Source of the DNA: Rhodosorus marinus CCMP1338
Taxonomy: Eukaryota > Plantae > Rhodophyta
Reading direction: 5' to 3'
Assembly: GCA_029953675.1 (NCBI GenBank)
Contig: JAMWBK010000002.1
Location: 2,914,001 to 2,978,000 of the forward strand
Length of the DNA stretch: 64,000 nt
In this document: positions 1 to 11,951 of the stretch, one piece after another
Position numbering within the stretch: position 1 is the first letter of the stretch
How the letters are laid out: each line of letters begins with the position of its first letter
Position numbers and translations under genes: made by a program
The notes under the pieces: generated by a model
What the model saw: the letters and a program-made list of their open reading frames with translations, nothing else
Told to the model about the DNA's origin: nothing
The model's database searches: none

Positions 1-91
1 AGTTCGAGGTGACAATGTAAACGAGCTGGCCACGTCCGACGCAATGATGTAGTCGTTCTTCTGTTCAATTTATTTTCTGTTAAAATAGTGC

Positions 92-769
92 CTAGAACCT
101 CAGCTTAGTGAAGAACCACTGATTCTTTCCACCCTTATATCTCTGACTGGAAAGATTCGCGAAAACCTTTCTCAAGTCCTTGCGCGCCTGGGTTCTGACA
201 CTGACGTCGCTGTTCGTAAAAGACGGGACCGCCGAGGTCACTGTCTCTCCAAGCTCGAACGTGTACCGAGTGGGCATCAAGTGATTGTAGTTTACAACCT
301 GAACGGCAACAAAAGATAGATATGAGAACCAGCCTGACAAGCGCTTCCAACGGCCCAATCTGCACTTCCGCCGGATAGATCCCGGCAACCTTTGGCACTA
401 CATTCCGGATCGCACAATACCTTCACAAAAGTCTTAATCTTGGACCTCTTCTGCACCTTCTTCTCACCCATGTTCTTCGTAACCTTCATCGGATACTTCT
501 CAATTCCACAAACCAGGGCATGTCCATACGGGTGCTCAGAGGTTCCCTGATCATAATTCTGCACAATCACCGCCTTCTTTCCAGCATACTTTCCGCTGAG
601 GACAATCACGACCTTGGAGGTCTTCAGACTACAAGAAAACAAACACAAAGCAAAGAGGACAAACAGAATTAGACTACAGCTACCGAATAAAAGCCATGAT
701 CCAGACCTGCATAACAACACAAAGTACAGAGTTTCTTAAAGACGAAAATTATACTTACACCTTCACCAT
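92..769 (-). CDS. RPL27: 60S ribosomal protein L27 (eL27); exons 769-759, 628-421, 298-92; 141 aa
   Basis: The spliced product reads [26 protein letters not shown]...[20 protein letters not shown]...[12 protein letters not shown], typical eL27. GT..AG sites are in matching phase. Confidence 0.96.
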
Positions 770-1481
770 CTTGAATAGCTTCCTTCTTATTGGAAACAAT
801 ACACCCCTCCGATCCCACCCGACTTCCCACACACCCACTTCCCCTTCCTCTCTCCCCCTCCCAAACGCGCCTACTGATATCCGCAAAACCTGTATTCTCG
901 ACTCGAACCATTTCCGCGTCGTCCATCAAGGCAATAGCCTTTAACAATACTTGAGCTACCCCCCTTCCTCAAAGTGTTTCCTTCAACTACAACCGTACTC
1001 CCGCCTCACCCCTTGTAAATATTGTATGTCTAATTATATACAAAATCTAGGGGGTTAGAAAATTGACCAATCTCACCAATAATGAAAAACTATTTTCTTG
1101 TTTACAATCTTAGTGAAGAGTGATACCCCATCTATTTCTTGCTTCATCGATATTAACAATGCTATAAAAATGGGGTACAAATCGACCGAGCATATAGTAA
1201 AGGACGGACGAGTAGTAAATGCTCTTTCAAAACCCCGGGGGTTATGATCGTAAGAATTGGAATTGAGGGGTAAACCCACCGACACGAAAATACTTCACCG
1301 GTCCGCCATTATTATCAAAAATTGAAACTCTAGAGGCTGGGTCAATTATTTCTCTGAGAGGGGAGTTCGGCGACGACGACGGTTTATTTTGTTGTTTTCT
1401 GGCTATGTATTTGTTTTCGAGATATTTTTGAGCCTAGGGCTGTGTTTGGTTGTTTTTTTTGGTTGCAGAAAGTTTTTTGTG

Positions 1482-1682
1482 GATCACCCTGAAGCAGTAT
1501 ATGTACATATTTATTTTGGAAAGATCTGATTACAATTGAAATATAGATCACCCTGAAGCAGACAGGAGGTTGGAGGGTCACCCTGAGGCAAGGTTGAGGG
1601 TGGGTCACCCTGCAAGACTATTCCAGCCCGCCGACGCCTGTAGTGTCCTACAGGGGCGATTGAAATCTAGATCACCCTGAAG
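1482..1682. repeat. Five dispersed copies of a TCACCCTG-core motif
   Basis: Copies start at about 1482, 1546, 1576, 1603 and 1670. The first two share an identical 16-mer (gatcaccctgaagcag). The segments 1535-1558 and 1659-1682 share attgaaat[a/c]tagatcaccctgaag. Confidence 0.8.
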
Positions 1683-2876
1683 TTGGGGCCGAGTGTTCAC
1701 TGCTGTTCACGACGTTGGGTGCTTTGTGGGTATTTACCGAGCTGTCTTTCGAACTCATTGGGTTCAACTGCTGCTCTGTTGCTGGACGCGCGTCATCAGC
1801 ATCTTATTTTCCCGCTTGTCGAGGTAGCTAGGCTCTGAAATAGACGGTTGTTGCCTGGCGTTGTGGATGGATGCGGGGCACCTCGCTGAGGGTAGGAGAG
1901 AATTGTACGATGCGGGTTGTCCGCTAGACCTGCCACGGCGACTTTTTGCGTCATGATGTAGATATTTTATGAATCCGGAGCGCTCGTCTGTGTAGGTTGC
2001 ATAACATTTGCAGGACTGTAGGCACTCGGAGTGTGCGACACGGCTGATCCGGCTATGCATCGGTTTAATAGGTTGGTGTGCCCTTGCGGGAGGCGCCGGG
2101 TTGTGTCGCTACTCAGCGGATGCTGACCGAATCCTGCACCAGTGGAGAGTACAGAGCACCTACGGCGACCCGCTGAGCACCCAGAGTCCTGCTGGGCGCA
2201 GCATTAGCCACCATTTACGCAGAGAGACGGGCATTCTCGTACCCACGCGCGGAAGAAGAGTGTCTTTCGCTATGACCCCGGACGTCTTCCCAGCCTCCTC
2301 ACTCAGCTGTCTTTGACACTCTGGCACTCTAACATTGCCTTGTTGTTGGATGCGCGTCATCAGCGTGTCCCTTTATCCTCCACGGTGGCGGTTGCACTGA
2401 GTAAAGGCCCGATGCAAACAAGACCTTGGAAATGTGTTCTGCAGGTAGGGCATAAGTGCGTTACTTTGTTTGTGAAGGTTGAGAATCTAAATAGGCTTGT
2501 TATAGAAGCACTTAGACGTATTATGAGAGATGGCGCGCTGGTCTTCACGCATTAACGAACCTATCCGTACTCGTTTGTCTGTTAATAGCTCATGACTTTT
2601 TTTCTTTTTCGGTGTGCTTTTTCGTGCCTTGCCTTGACGAGGGATATTCTGCTATCTTGTTTTTGCTCGGTAGGCTAGCACTGGGTCCATCAAGGCCATG
2701 CCTTGATCAGGATACGATGTGCAGCACTGCTGGTGCTCAGCGCGTGTTCAATGGATCATTTGGAGATCAGAACCAGGTGTGGGAGTCAGTTCGAAGAGAA
2801 CTTTACCACTCGAGTTGAGAATTATTTTCTTTATCTCTTAGTAACAGTCTCTCCCGTCCTACTCATACGAGGCAAA

Positions 2877-4032
2877 TCAGCAGGAGCCAGCAGCAGTGGT
2901 CGCGAGGTTGTTAGCATACATATGTCGAATATTATACAGTGCTTCTTTGGTCTCGTGTGGCAGTGCTTGTGATGTGTGCTTGCGTCTCATATACTCTTGG
3001 TATCGTGCAGCTCGCTTGTCCATGTCGGCCTTGGCTCTTCGATAGGACAAAACTACCCTCGAGTAATGGAACGCGTTGAAGTCTGGCCACATGACTCGCA
3101 GAAATGCAAGGTGCGAAAAGGCAGATTGCCAGAGGAGGAAGTCAGAGAGCCGAGTTTCTCCCGACGTGCGTATGAGGACGTCCGGCCATCCATCAGACTT
3201 AAGGCCTCCACGGCAGGTGCCGGACTCTAAGAATTCAGCGAGTAACTCCTCGTTCACCTCATCGGGTACTATCCCGTCCGAAATCGCGTTTGTCACAGCT
3301 GCTATAGCTTGCGCAATCTCTACCCTAGATGTGTAGGCAAAACAAATATTCAGGGAAGCACCCTCGTACTTGCTCGTAACGCACGTGAGCTTCGCTGCTA
3401 GAACCCTTAAAGTTTTAGGAACCATATCCATTTCGCCCCAGAATCTCACCCTTATCCTTTCTTTGTGAACAGCGCTCCTAAAATGCAAATGTAAGCGGGG
3501 CAATGGACAAAGTCAGAAAATCTTTGGTGCAAGGGAGCTTAGAGAGTCTGCCCATCGCGTACAAGACCGCGAGCGTAACACCAGAGTAATAGAAACGCAT
3601 CATTCAAGACGCTCAGATCCGGGATCATCTTGAATTTGACGAAATTTGCATTTCAGGCTCTCTATCTCACCAGGGTTGGAGCATGTCTTCAACGTTCTGA
3701 ATCGCAAGATCCATGATATAGTCCACTTCACCCTTCGGACGCTTGAAATTTTCAATCGAAAACGCGTAAACTGTGATAGTAGATATATCTGCATCGCGAC
3801 ACCACGTTAAGAATTCAACCATCGTGTTCCCTCCACGTCTATGACCATCACGAAAAGCCATAGACTTCCTCCGGGCCCACCTCCTGTTTCCATCCATGAT
3901 AACGGCGACATGCTTCGGGCAGTCTCCTGAGTACCGCAGGGCCGCAAGCACCAGCTTTCTCACAGGTCTTCCTCGACTAAGAACCACCAAAACCACTACA
4001 ACGAGCAGACCAAAAGTCCACTCTACCAACAT
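2877..4032 (-). CDS. DHDDS: cis-prenyltransferase (dehydrodolichyl diphosphate synthase / UPPS family) with N-terminal TM anchor; exons 4032-3671, 3477-2877; about 320 aa
   Basis: Family motifs PKHVAVIMDGNRRWAR, TVYAFSIENFKRP, FAYTSRVEI, PDVLIRTSGETRLSDFLLWQ and WPDF are present. A phase-2 intron joins the two ORFs. Confidence 0.92.
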
Positions 4033-5185
4033 CAGGATGAGGCGCTTTACATCTACCCCACATCTAAGCAAAAACAAAGAAGATCAACCTACGACTGCTA
4101 ACGCCTAGCAGCGCCCTTTTCCACCCCTCACATCAATCTCGACTTGTCCTATCATAAGGTAACTTCTAGACTCAAGATCGATTCCCTCAAACGGAACCTA
4201 CATTGGCACAGCCCCCTCACCGGAAAACTTGTTGGTTCCCTCCAGTCGAGAGACTGAAAGCTTAGTAACCGCGGTCACAGTTGAGAAGGTCGGGTCGCCC
4301 GTAAACTAGCCTCGCGATAGAAACTGGAGGTGGTCGCCGGGAGCCAGAGCCTTGACGAGAACGAAGCGAACGCAAACTCGATGCCGATGGCCACACTACT
4401 TGACTGAGAAACGCTTAAAAGATGCCCCGCTCCTCTTGGAACTACCTCCAGCTTGACCCCAAGCAACCCATACGCTTTCCGTTCGTTGGGGTCGTGGTTC
4501 GGCCTACAAGCAGAGAGAGGCATCTCTTTGTCCCCCTCGCCACAGGAGCCGGGACGATGGGCATTAGGTTTGTTTCAGTGCGGTGCCATGGAATATCTTG
4601 AGGCCTAAGTCTCTAGCTTAGCTGGGAAATGACGATTCCCTTCCAATACCTGGTCGATATGGTCATTAGGGGGCGTCATGTTCATGACAAGCGCCTTACG
4701 CTGAGGCTGTAGAGCGAATGTTCTGCCAGTCCGGGTGAGTCGACTGACCGCTGTCGTGCCGTGCGATTTCGAGGTTCCTGAGGATCGTCAACGCATGCCT
4801 GTGGTTTTTACGGCTCATGGGCGGTCAATGCGACTAGGCCCAGCCCTGCTATTCGGAGGATTCCGATCCAAACGGGGGATGAGCTGAGCAGACACATGTG
4901 TCAGTCTGGACGGGAAGGTTTGTCCCAATACTCCCAGCAGTCCCTGATGAATTGAGACTACTGCCAGATCCGTTCGCCGAGGTTGCTGAGAATCGGACGG
5001 CGAGAGCCATCGGATTTTGTCAGTGGGTACTTGGACGAACCCACCCCTCCGCTTTTCTGAGCCGCCTTCGGCTCCTTTTTCGTCCGTGTAAAGCGCTCTC
5101 CCCAAGGGCAATTGTTTCGATTTCCTTTCACCGTGCCTATAAGAACTATCACGAAAATACCTCACGACCAGGACGGAGGGGCCCA

Positions 5186-6239
5186 CTATTTCCTATGTGT
5201 ATTGAGGTGCATCGGACCCATGAAACCGGTGTCATATCTCCCAGGGCGCCCCATACAACCCATACTGCTCCTCATCCCTCCCATGCTCGCTGCACTGCAT
5301 GTCCTGCCCATGTGTTTCATGCCGCATCCATGGGTCATGCCTGCTCCAGTATTAGAAGTCGGCACATCCCTCCACCAGTCTGTTCCTCCCTTGGGACCTA
5401 CTGAACCAGGCGGTGGTAGTTTGAAATTGATCTCGCATTGAAATACCTCCCAGGCATTCTGCAACTCGTCTAGGATCATCTCGGCTAACACAACGTCCTT
5501 GAGTTTAAGACCTTTCTGTTGGATCTTATCTGGATGAACAAGTAGCACCTGGCGAGTAAAAAAAATGCCTTCAGCTAAAGGTATTAGAGCAGCACTTTGG
5601 ATGGCCAATGCTTACGGCTTTGTAGTAGTGGATCTTAATCGTCGCCTGCTCTTTTAGCTGAACCGTCGATAGAGGATTCCATGATGTTCCTTCGTAGATG
5701 ACTTGATGAAATCTAGAGAGCAATTCGCGAATATTGCCTCGATGAGTGCCTCTGTCGGTCCATTTCTCAAGCACCGGTTGAACGACAACGCGTAAGCCAT
5801 CCTTGGCATTGCTTTCGTTAGCCTGAGTTCGGCAAAAAAAGCGGTGCGCGAGGAGGTTCGGAGGGCGGCTAAGTTATTACTACAGCAGGATCTTCAAGAA
5901 TACTGTAATCTGCACCACGCATGGGAAACTCACCTGCTTCTCCGAACGGGCCCGCACCTCGGCAATTTTCTCATCCACGCGACCTTGAGTTTCATCTTCA
6001 TTCCGTTTCTGTATCGCCTGCCTCCGCCTCAGTTCAGTTTTTTTATCATCAGCAGTGGTTGTGGTTGTGGGCATTGGTTTCTTGTTTGCTGTGAGCGACT
6101 TCACGGGATCTGCGTTGACATGCTTCGAACAGCTTCCATCGCCTCGTACCGCGTGCACCAAATTACTGACAGTTCCTCCACGAGCAAGCCAAAGCAGGAC
6201 CACGGAAGCAAACACGCTGAACGTCCACTCCAGAAACAT
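5186..6239 (-). CDS. Chimeric protein: cis-prenyltransferase-derived N-terminal membrane anchor fused to an auxilin-type J-domain; exons 6239-5934, 5822-5616, 5548-5186; about 291 aa
   Basis: The first 41 aa (MFLEWTFSVFASVVLLWLARGG...CSKHV) align to the DHDDS N-terminus. The remainder aligns to the last three exons of the gene at 7141-10319, with the same intron positions. KAVLLVHPDK is intact and the spliced frame has no stops. Confidence 0.82.
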
Positions 6240-7140
6240 CAAGGTCAACAGATCAGGAGAACAAAGAAAACAAAAAAAACAGAGAGAGAGAGAGAACTTC
6301 TCTCAAACCAACATCATTACCTCCGACAAAGAGGAAAACCTCCACTGGATCCTAAACACTGCTGACTTCCGTCGTTCACATCGCTACCAGCCTAAATCAC
6401 TTCAAAGAAACCCATCAGGAAAAACACGTATGAACATAACCACCCAAAAACACACACGGACCACCAGATTACCAATAAGATCCATGTCAGCAAGCTGCAT
6501 TTGCCTCGCCGGTAAGAAATCCTCAACTTCAAATTTTAAACGGCGAACCAATGATAAGGAAGAGCTTTTCTTTTAGTACATAGTACTCACCAACTCTATG
6601 TACTAAGTGACCTTAACATGAAACGATGTATGATGGGGCCCGGCGGCAATGGGACAATGGAGTATATCCCCCTCTGAAGAGGCCATTCCCAATGCGATCT
6701 TGATAAAAATTTCCATGGGTAACGCTTGACTTTGGACTACATTGCTCTTCGCTCCGTCAAGAGTTTCGCCATGATTCGTCGACTCCTCGTGTCCCATTCA
6801 AGCGGCAGGGGGAGGGCGGGTGTACTTGTGTGAAGGATGGTTTTCCTTTTTCTTTTTTTTGCAGCAACTAGCTGATGTGGTAGCGCTGCTGGGTCTACTC
6901 TATGGTGATCGTGCTTTTTGAGGGCTGAGAGGACCAGTACATCTAGGGGAATTGAATAGTTAATTTTTCAATAGCCGTTAGGAGTCAAAAAGCGCTGTGA
7001 TCCGTATGTGCAACGCCCAGTGGTTTCTAAAGAGCGCTGCTCTGGTGGCCCTGCAAGCACTGCACGAGCGACCAAGAATCTTGCTCTCCGCGTACTAACC
7101 AACCTTACAACAAAACGCAGAAGGACTGCAAAATGATAAA

Positions 7141-10100
7141 TCACTTCCTTTGAGTTGAGCTCGTGCGATTCATTGAGCCCATTGAGCCCATTGAGCCCAT
7201 TGAGCCCATTGAGCCCATTGAGCCCATTGAGCCCATTGAGCCCATTGAGCCCATTGAGCCCATTGAGCCCATTGAGCCCGTATTCATACTGCCAGAGCGG
7301 GCCATGTTACCCATACTCCCCATGCTGCCTCGGCCGCCCATGCTACCCATACTGCTGTTCATGCCTCCCATGCTGCCTTGACTTCCCATATTCCCCATTC
7401 CACCCATACTGCCTTGACTTCCCATACTGCCCATGCCTCCCATGCTTCCCATGCCTCCCATACCACCCATACCACCCATACCACCCATACCACCCATACT
7501 TCCTCCCATGCCACCCATACCACCCATACCCCCCATACTTCCTCCCATGCCGCCCATACCTCGCCCCATATTGTTTCCCATGCTACCCATGTTGTTCATA
7601 CCACGTCCAGCGGCCATGCCGGCGCCCGCGTTTGCGGTACCCCTTCCCATCCCACGGCCCATTCCACCCTTAGGACCAACAGACCCCGGCGGGGGCGGTT
7701 TGCCATCAATCTCACACTGAAATACCTCCCAAGCGTTCTTCAGCTCGTCAAAGATCATTTCCGCCAATACGACTTCCTTCAACTCAAGGCCTTTTTGTTG
7801 AATCTTGTCTGGGTGGACGAGAAGCACCTACAGATACGTGGCAAGCGTTTCAGCGCATGCGGTGATGCCGATAAAACGTAGAGTCCGTACTTACCGCCTT
7901 GTGGTAGTGGATTTTAACTCTAGACTGCTGCTTTAGCTTATCCATGGATAGCCCCTTCCACGAAGTTCCTTTGTATAGAACTTGATCAAGTCCACAGAGC
8001 AAAGCGCGAATGTTCCCACGACGAGACCCTTTTCCGGTCCAATTGTCCAGCTTCGGCTGTACTGCATCGCGTAATCCATCCTTCGCATCGTTTTCCTTGA
8101 CCTGGAAGGACAAGAAGTGGTCACCCGAAGAGGAGGAAGGGATTGAATGAGCCTTTGGGGAAGACGCCAACAGCTAAGAGGCTAACACTACGAATCAGGA
8201 ACCATACAGAAACGCGTAGTTGATTCTCACCTGTTGCTCTTCGCGGTCCCGCACCTCGGCAAGCTTTTCATCCGCACGACTTTGTATTTCATCCTTATGC
8301 TGCTTTCGTAGTTCTTCTCGTCTCTTCAATTCACTTGCGGAATCCTTCGTTACGGCGGCGGGTTTTGGTGTAGGTTTGGAGGTTGGGGAGCTTGTGGGAG
8401 CTGACGCTCTTGACGAGCTGTGGGTTTGTGGCGCAGACGAGGTCGGCATATTGCTGAAGAAGCTGGGCTTTGCCGACTTTGAGGCTGTGTTGTTAAAGTC
8501 TCCAAGCAGGTCGCCTTCAGCACTCGCAGGCGCCTTCCGGCTGCTGGTCTGTGTAGAGAAACCCATTAAGTCCTCCAAATTGCTGCCGGGCGGTTTCGAC
8601 TGAGTAGTACTAGTTGACGACTTCTTAGCTGGTTCGTCAAAAATTCCTAGCAAATCCCCATCCTTCGTGCCCCCTGACGGCCTCGACACCTTGGAAGGTG
8701 GCTTGCTCTGTACGCCAATACCAAACGGATCATCTTTTGAAGCAGTCTGCGTTTTTCCCTTCGAGATGCTGGTGTGCTCCAAGCTCTCCCTGGAGGTATC
8801 GACGGAAGATCTTTGTGAACCCTTGGAGCGAGCGGGCGTTCCTCTTAAGGGCACGCTGCTTTCGTTTCCTCCAGCTCCCGTGGCTGGGTAATCGCTAGTG
8901 GATTTACGTCTCCCTTTTTCTTCCTGGGCCTTGTTGAACGATCCGGCGAATGAATTGGGATCGGCGTCATTAGTGTCATCAACAAAAAGCTCGTTCATTG
9001 TATTCCCTCCGCTTTGGGCTTTGTCATCACTTGAAATCTTCTTGGAATCTCTCTTCATGGAAGCTTTCGGAGTGGTTCGGCCTAGATGTAACCAAAATTC
9101 AGAACACCATCAGACCACCTCATTTCCGAAGAGTAACTACGCGCTGGAAGTTTTGGAAAGGATAATACGCACTTGCAGCTTGGGGCGAGAACTTGCTGCG
9201 ATCTTCCATAGTCTCCGGACCTATCGTCTCCACGATTCCCTCGAATATCCCAATTGATTCCGCCATGAAAATCTTCTGTGCCTCAAGCATCTCCGCCAAG
9301 CTGTATTCGATCAGTTGTGCTCTTTGCGGAATGGCCGCTTGGAAAGTGTCCTATGGAGTTTTTAAAGGCCAAAGTCAAATATTATTCAGAGCAAGTTCGT
9401 GGTGGCTCTCTTGTTCGTGAAGACTGGAGTTCTCAATCCTACATCCAGATGCACAGTGATTCCTGTAAGCTCAGACAAGGTATCATCTCTCTTCGCTGTG
9501 TCTTCTCTGCTAGAGTGGCCATCAACTCGAGCTTGATACCTATCATAATCCAAGAGGATTCTCTTTCGTTTTTCGAGTCGTGACTCAACGTCTCGAGCCC
9601 GGTTTAAATCCTCTTCCAACGGTCTCAGAATCTGCCGCTCAACTCGAGACTCAAATCTGTAAAACGTCTCGTCCGCAAAGGCCATCTGCACGAATTACGG
9701 GGTTCAATTGAGACGGTTAAAAGACGAGTATGCAAACTCATGCAGATTTTGATCTGGAATCGAGTCATACGTATCCGGCCATTGACGCCTCGGCGAGGGT
9801 TGTCGTAGATTCCGACGGATTTCCAATCATGAGCACGTCATAATAAGTTGTGGCAAGCCCATGGCTCGCTGAACACATTCGACTGTGCTGTACAAGGACC
9901 GCTTCCGCCCCGTCCTTGATCTTCCTAATATTCGCAGACTGTCGCATGAAGGTCGCTATCATTCGCTCGAACTCTGGGTTCTCGCCCCTAGATTCGGAGA
10001 TTCCGACCTTAAGGAACAGTAGAGTAGACGGACCAATCAATTAGAAAAGGCCTGTGCTTATTTGATTTCAAGCATGGCGCTAGCATGAAGATGAAACTCC

Positions 10101-10319
10101 CGCCACAAGAACAAAACGAGTTCTATCAACGCAAGGCAAACAGAACAGAAGCCAAACCTTGGCGCGAGTTCCCGCAAAGCCTGGTTTCACGAGGCAGAAG
10201 GAGCAGAAAAAACATACCCGCTGATAAAACGACTGCTTAGCCCTTTCCGTAGCTCGCTTTGCCTCCACACCAAACGACTTCAGCGCTCCGAAGACATCGC
10301 CCCCTCCGGCAGACGACAT
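7141..10319 (-). CDS. BAR-domain + low-complexity linker + auxilin-type J-domain (HPD) + Met/Gly-rich tail; exons 10319-10218, 10007-9771, 9685-9443, 9350-9173, 9081-8231, 8101-7895, 7827-7141; about 834 aa
   Basis: The BAR-like segment reads RLEKRKRILLDYDRYQARVD...LEAQKIFMAES. The auxilin-like C-terminus reads RGNIRALLCGLDQVLY...W...VKIHYHKAVLLVHPDK. All six introns are GT-AG and phase-compatible. Confidence 0.85.
7172..7279. repeat. Perfect 12 x 9-bp tandem repeat (ATTGAGCCC), encoding (GSM)12 in the J-protein tail
   Basis: Units were counted directly. Degenerate GGM-type repeats continue upstream to about 7620. Confidence 0.97.
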
Positions 10320-11951
10320 ATCTCGGGAAGACACGAACCCCCGCAACCCCCCAAAAAGCAAAACAAAAACACGCACACAAGAACAGACCACCAAAGCAAC
10401 ACCAACAGCAAAAAAAGGAAGATTAACCGCTACCCACTTTCACAGGCAGCAAACCATAACCTAGTACACCATCCCTACCTTCACCTTCTCCCACGCCCCC
10501 ACACCCACTTCACCTTCTCACATCCCCAATACACAACCTCAACTCGTACCAAAGTCTCAATCTCCAAAAAACCCCCAATTCAATAGCCGGGAAAATCACC
10601 TCCAAAAACCACATAAAGAGCTCTTCCTTTGCACAGGCAAAAGCCCCCAAACACCAAAAAAAACATTCATGAGAGTCATCTGTCACCAAACTCGAAAAAA
10701 CTAGAACGGAACAAACTAGTCCCGCAGTGAGAAAAAACATAGAAGAAAACTATGCATCCAACTTCTGTCCAATGTTCACTTGTGAAAAGAAAAAAACTAA
10801 TTTTGTCGGCTTTTCGAAAATGGCCACCGATTCTTCCGCAAAACTCGGTACTTTTTTCATTGTGACACGGTGGACTGTCCCAATGGTCCCCTTCCCAATG
10901 CCAGCTATAGTATATTTTATAGTTAGTCCCATGCATATCTAGAATATTAATATTTTTCAGCTTGATTTGATAATCGTATTTGGCTTACAAAATACCGTTT
11001 TTCGGTGCTCTTTATTGTTCATTCATACATGTTACGAAACGTACTAATAATTACTATATGTACAGCCAGACTGTCCCACGAAAAAAGTCCCAATCTTTCT
11101 TTTTATGCACGCAAGAATCCTTCCAACGAACGGGGTGTAGAAAATTGCGTACACGGTTGAGGCCAAGCCAAGAAACCTGCCAATGGGAACTCCCTGCTAG
11201 CTGAATATCGCGAAATTGTAATGATAATCTAGTTCTTATATCGTTTTAACGGTAAATGATTCTTGTGCGGTGAAAGCAGTTTTCTTCAGTCGGGGGTTGT
11301 CAAAATCGTGCGGAGGAAAATGCGGGGGGGTTTTGCAAAAGGCGTTCAAGCGGGGTTTTTTGGGGGGTTGAGAGGGATAGTATATTATTCTTCTAAAATT
11401 CAGATATGTCTTTTTATGTGGTTTTCAGGTGGTCAAGGAGTGGATATTTCGTTTGGTTGCATAACAAAGAGCGATGCAGGAAGGGGTGGGGGGGGAGGGA
11501 ATAGATTTTAGCTATTGAGATGGCGCACGCTCGGGGAAAGGGCGACTTTTTTTTAGTTGATATGAACGATCGTTTCTGATGTCAGTTGATATAGTGTTCA
11601 AGGTTAGGGGGAAGGGAGAGGGTCGGAGGGTCAATAGCTGTTTTGGCCTGGCTGAAGGGGTATGCAAAATTTCTAATTAAAAAGAGGAGGAGGGTTTATT
11701 TTATTTAGTAAATTTTGTTGAAGTCCAATGGGTATGGGGGTGGAGGTGACTGTTCCAGTTCCTGTGGTTCTCTCTGACAGGTGACTCGGTTGGCTTTGCT
11801 GGATGATGTGTGGGTGACAAGGAATCTACGGCTAGAGGGCTTAGGATAGGGAGGGGAGAGGGAGAGATTTTGGAGGTGGGCTGTGAAGAGAGGGGATCCT
11901 TTTTTTTCTTTTTAGATTAGGAGGGGGCAAATGGGTTGGATGAGCAGGTAG

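Noticed and set aside
299-758. Intronic snoRNAs in RPL27
   Set aside because: No C box (RUGAUGA) with terminal D box, and no convincing H/ACA layout, in either intron.
4815-5404. ORFs 4815-5186 (-) and 4898-5404 (+) next to the chimera
   Set aside because: They have no recognisable domain or splice support, and the plus-strand ORF is partly antisense to the chimera's last exon.
7172-7279. CRISPR-like array
   Set aside because: The 9-bp units are contiguous with no spacers, lie inside a eukaryotic CDS, and there are no cas genes.
7155-7881. Plus-strand ORFs with (PLS)n, (IEP)n, His/Thr-rich and Pro-rich repeats
   Set aside because: These are antisense shadows of the Met/Gly repeat tail of the J-domain gene, which explains the sequence on the minus strand.
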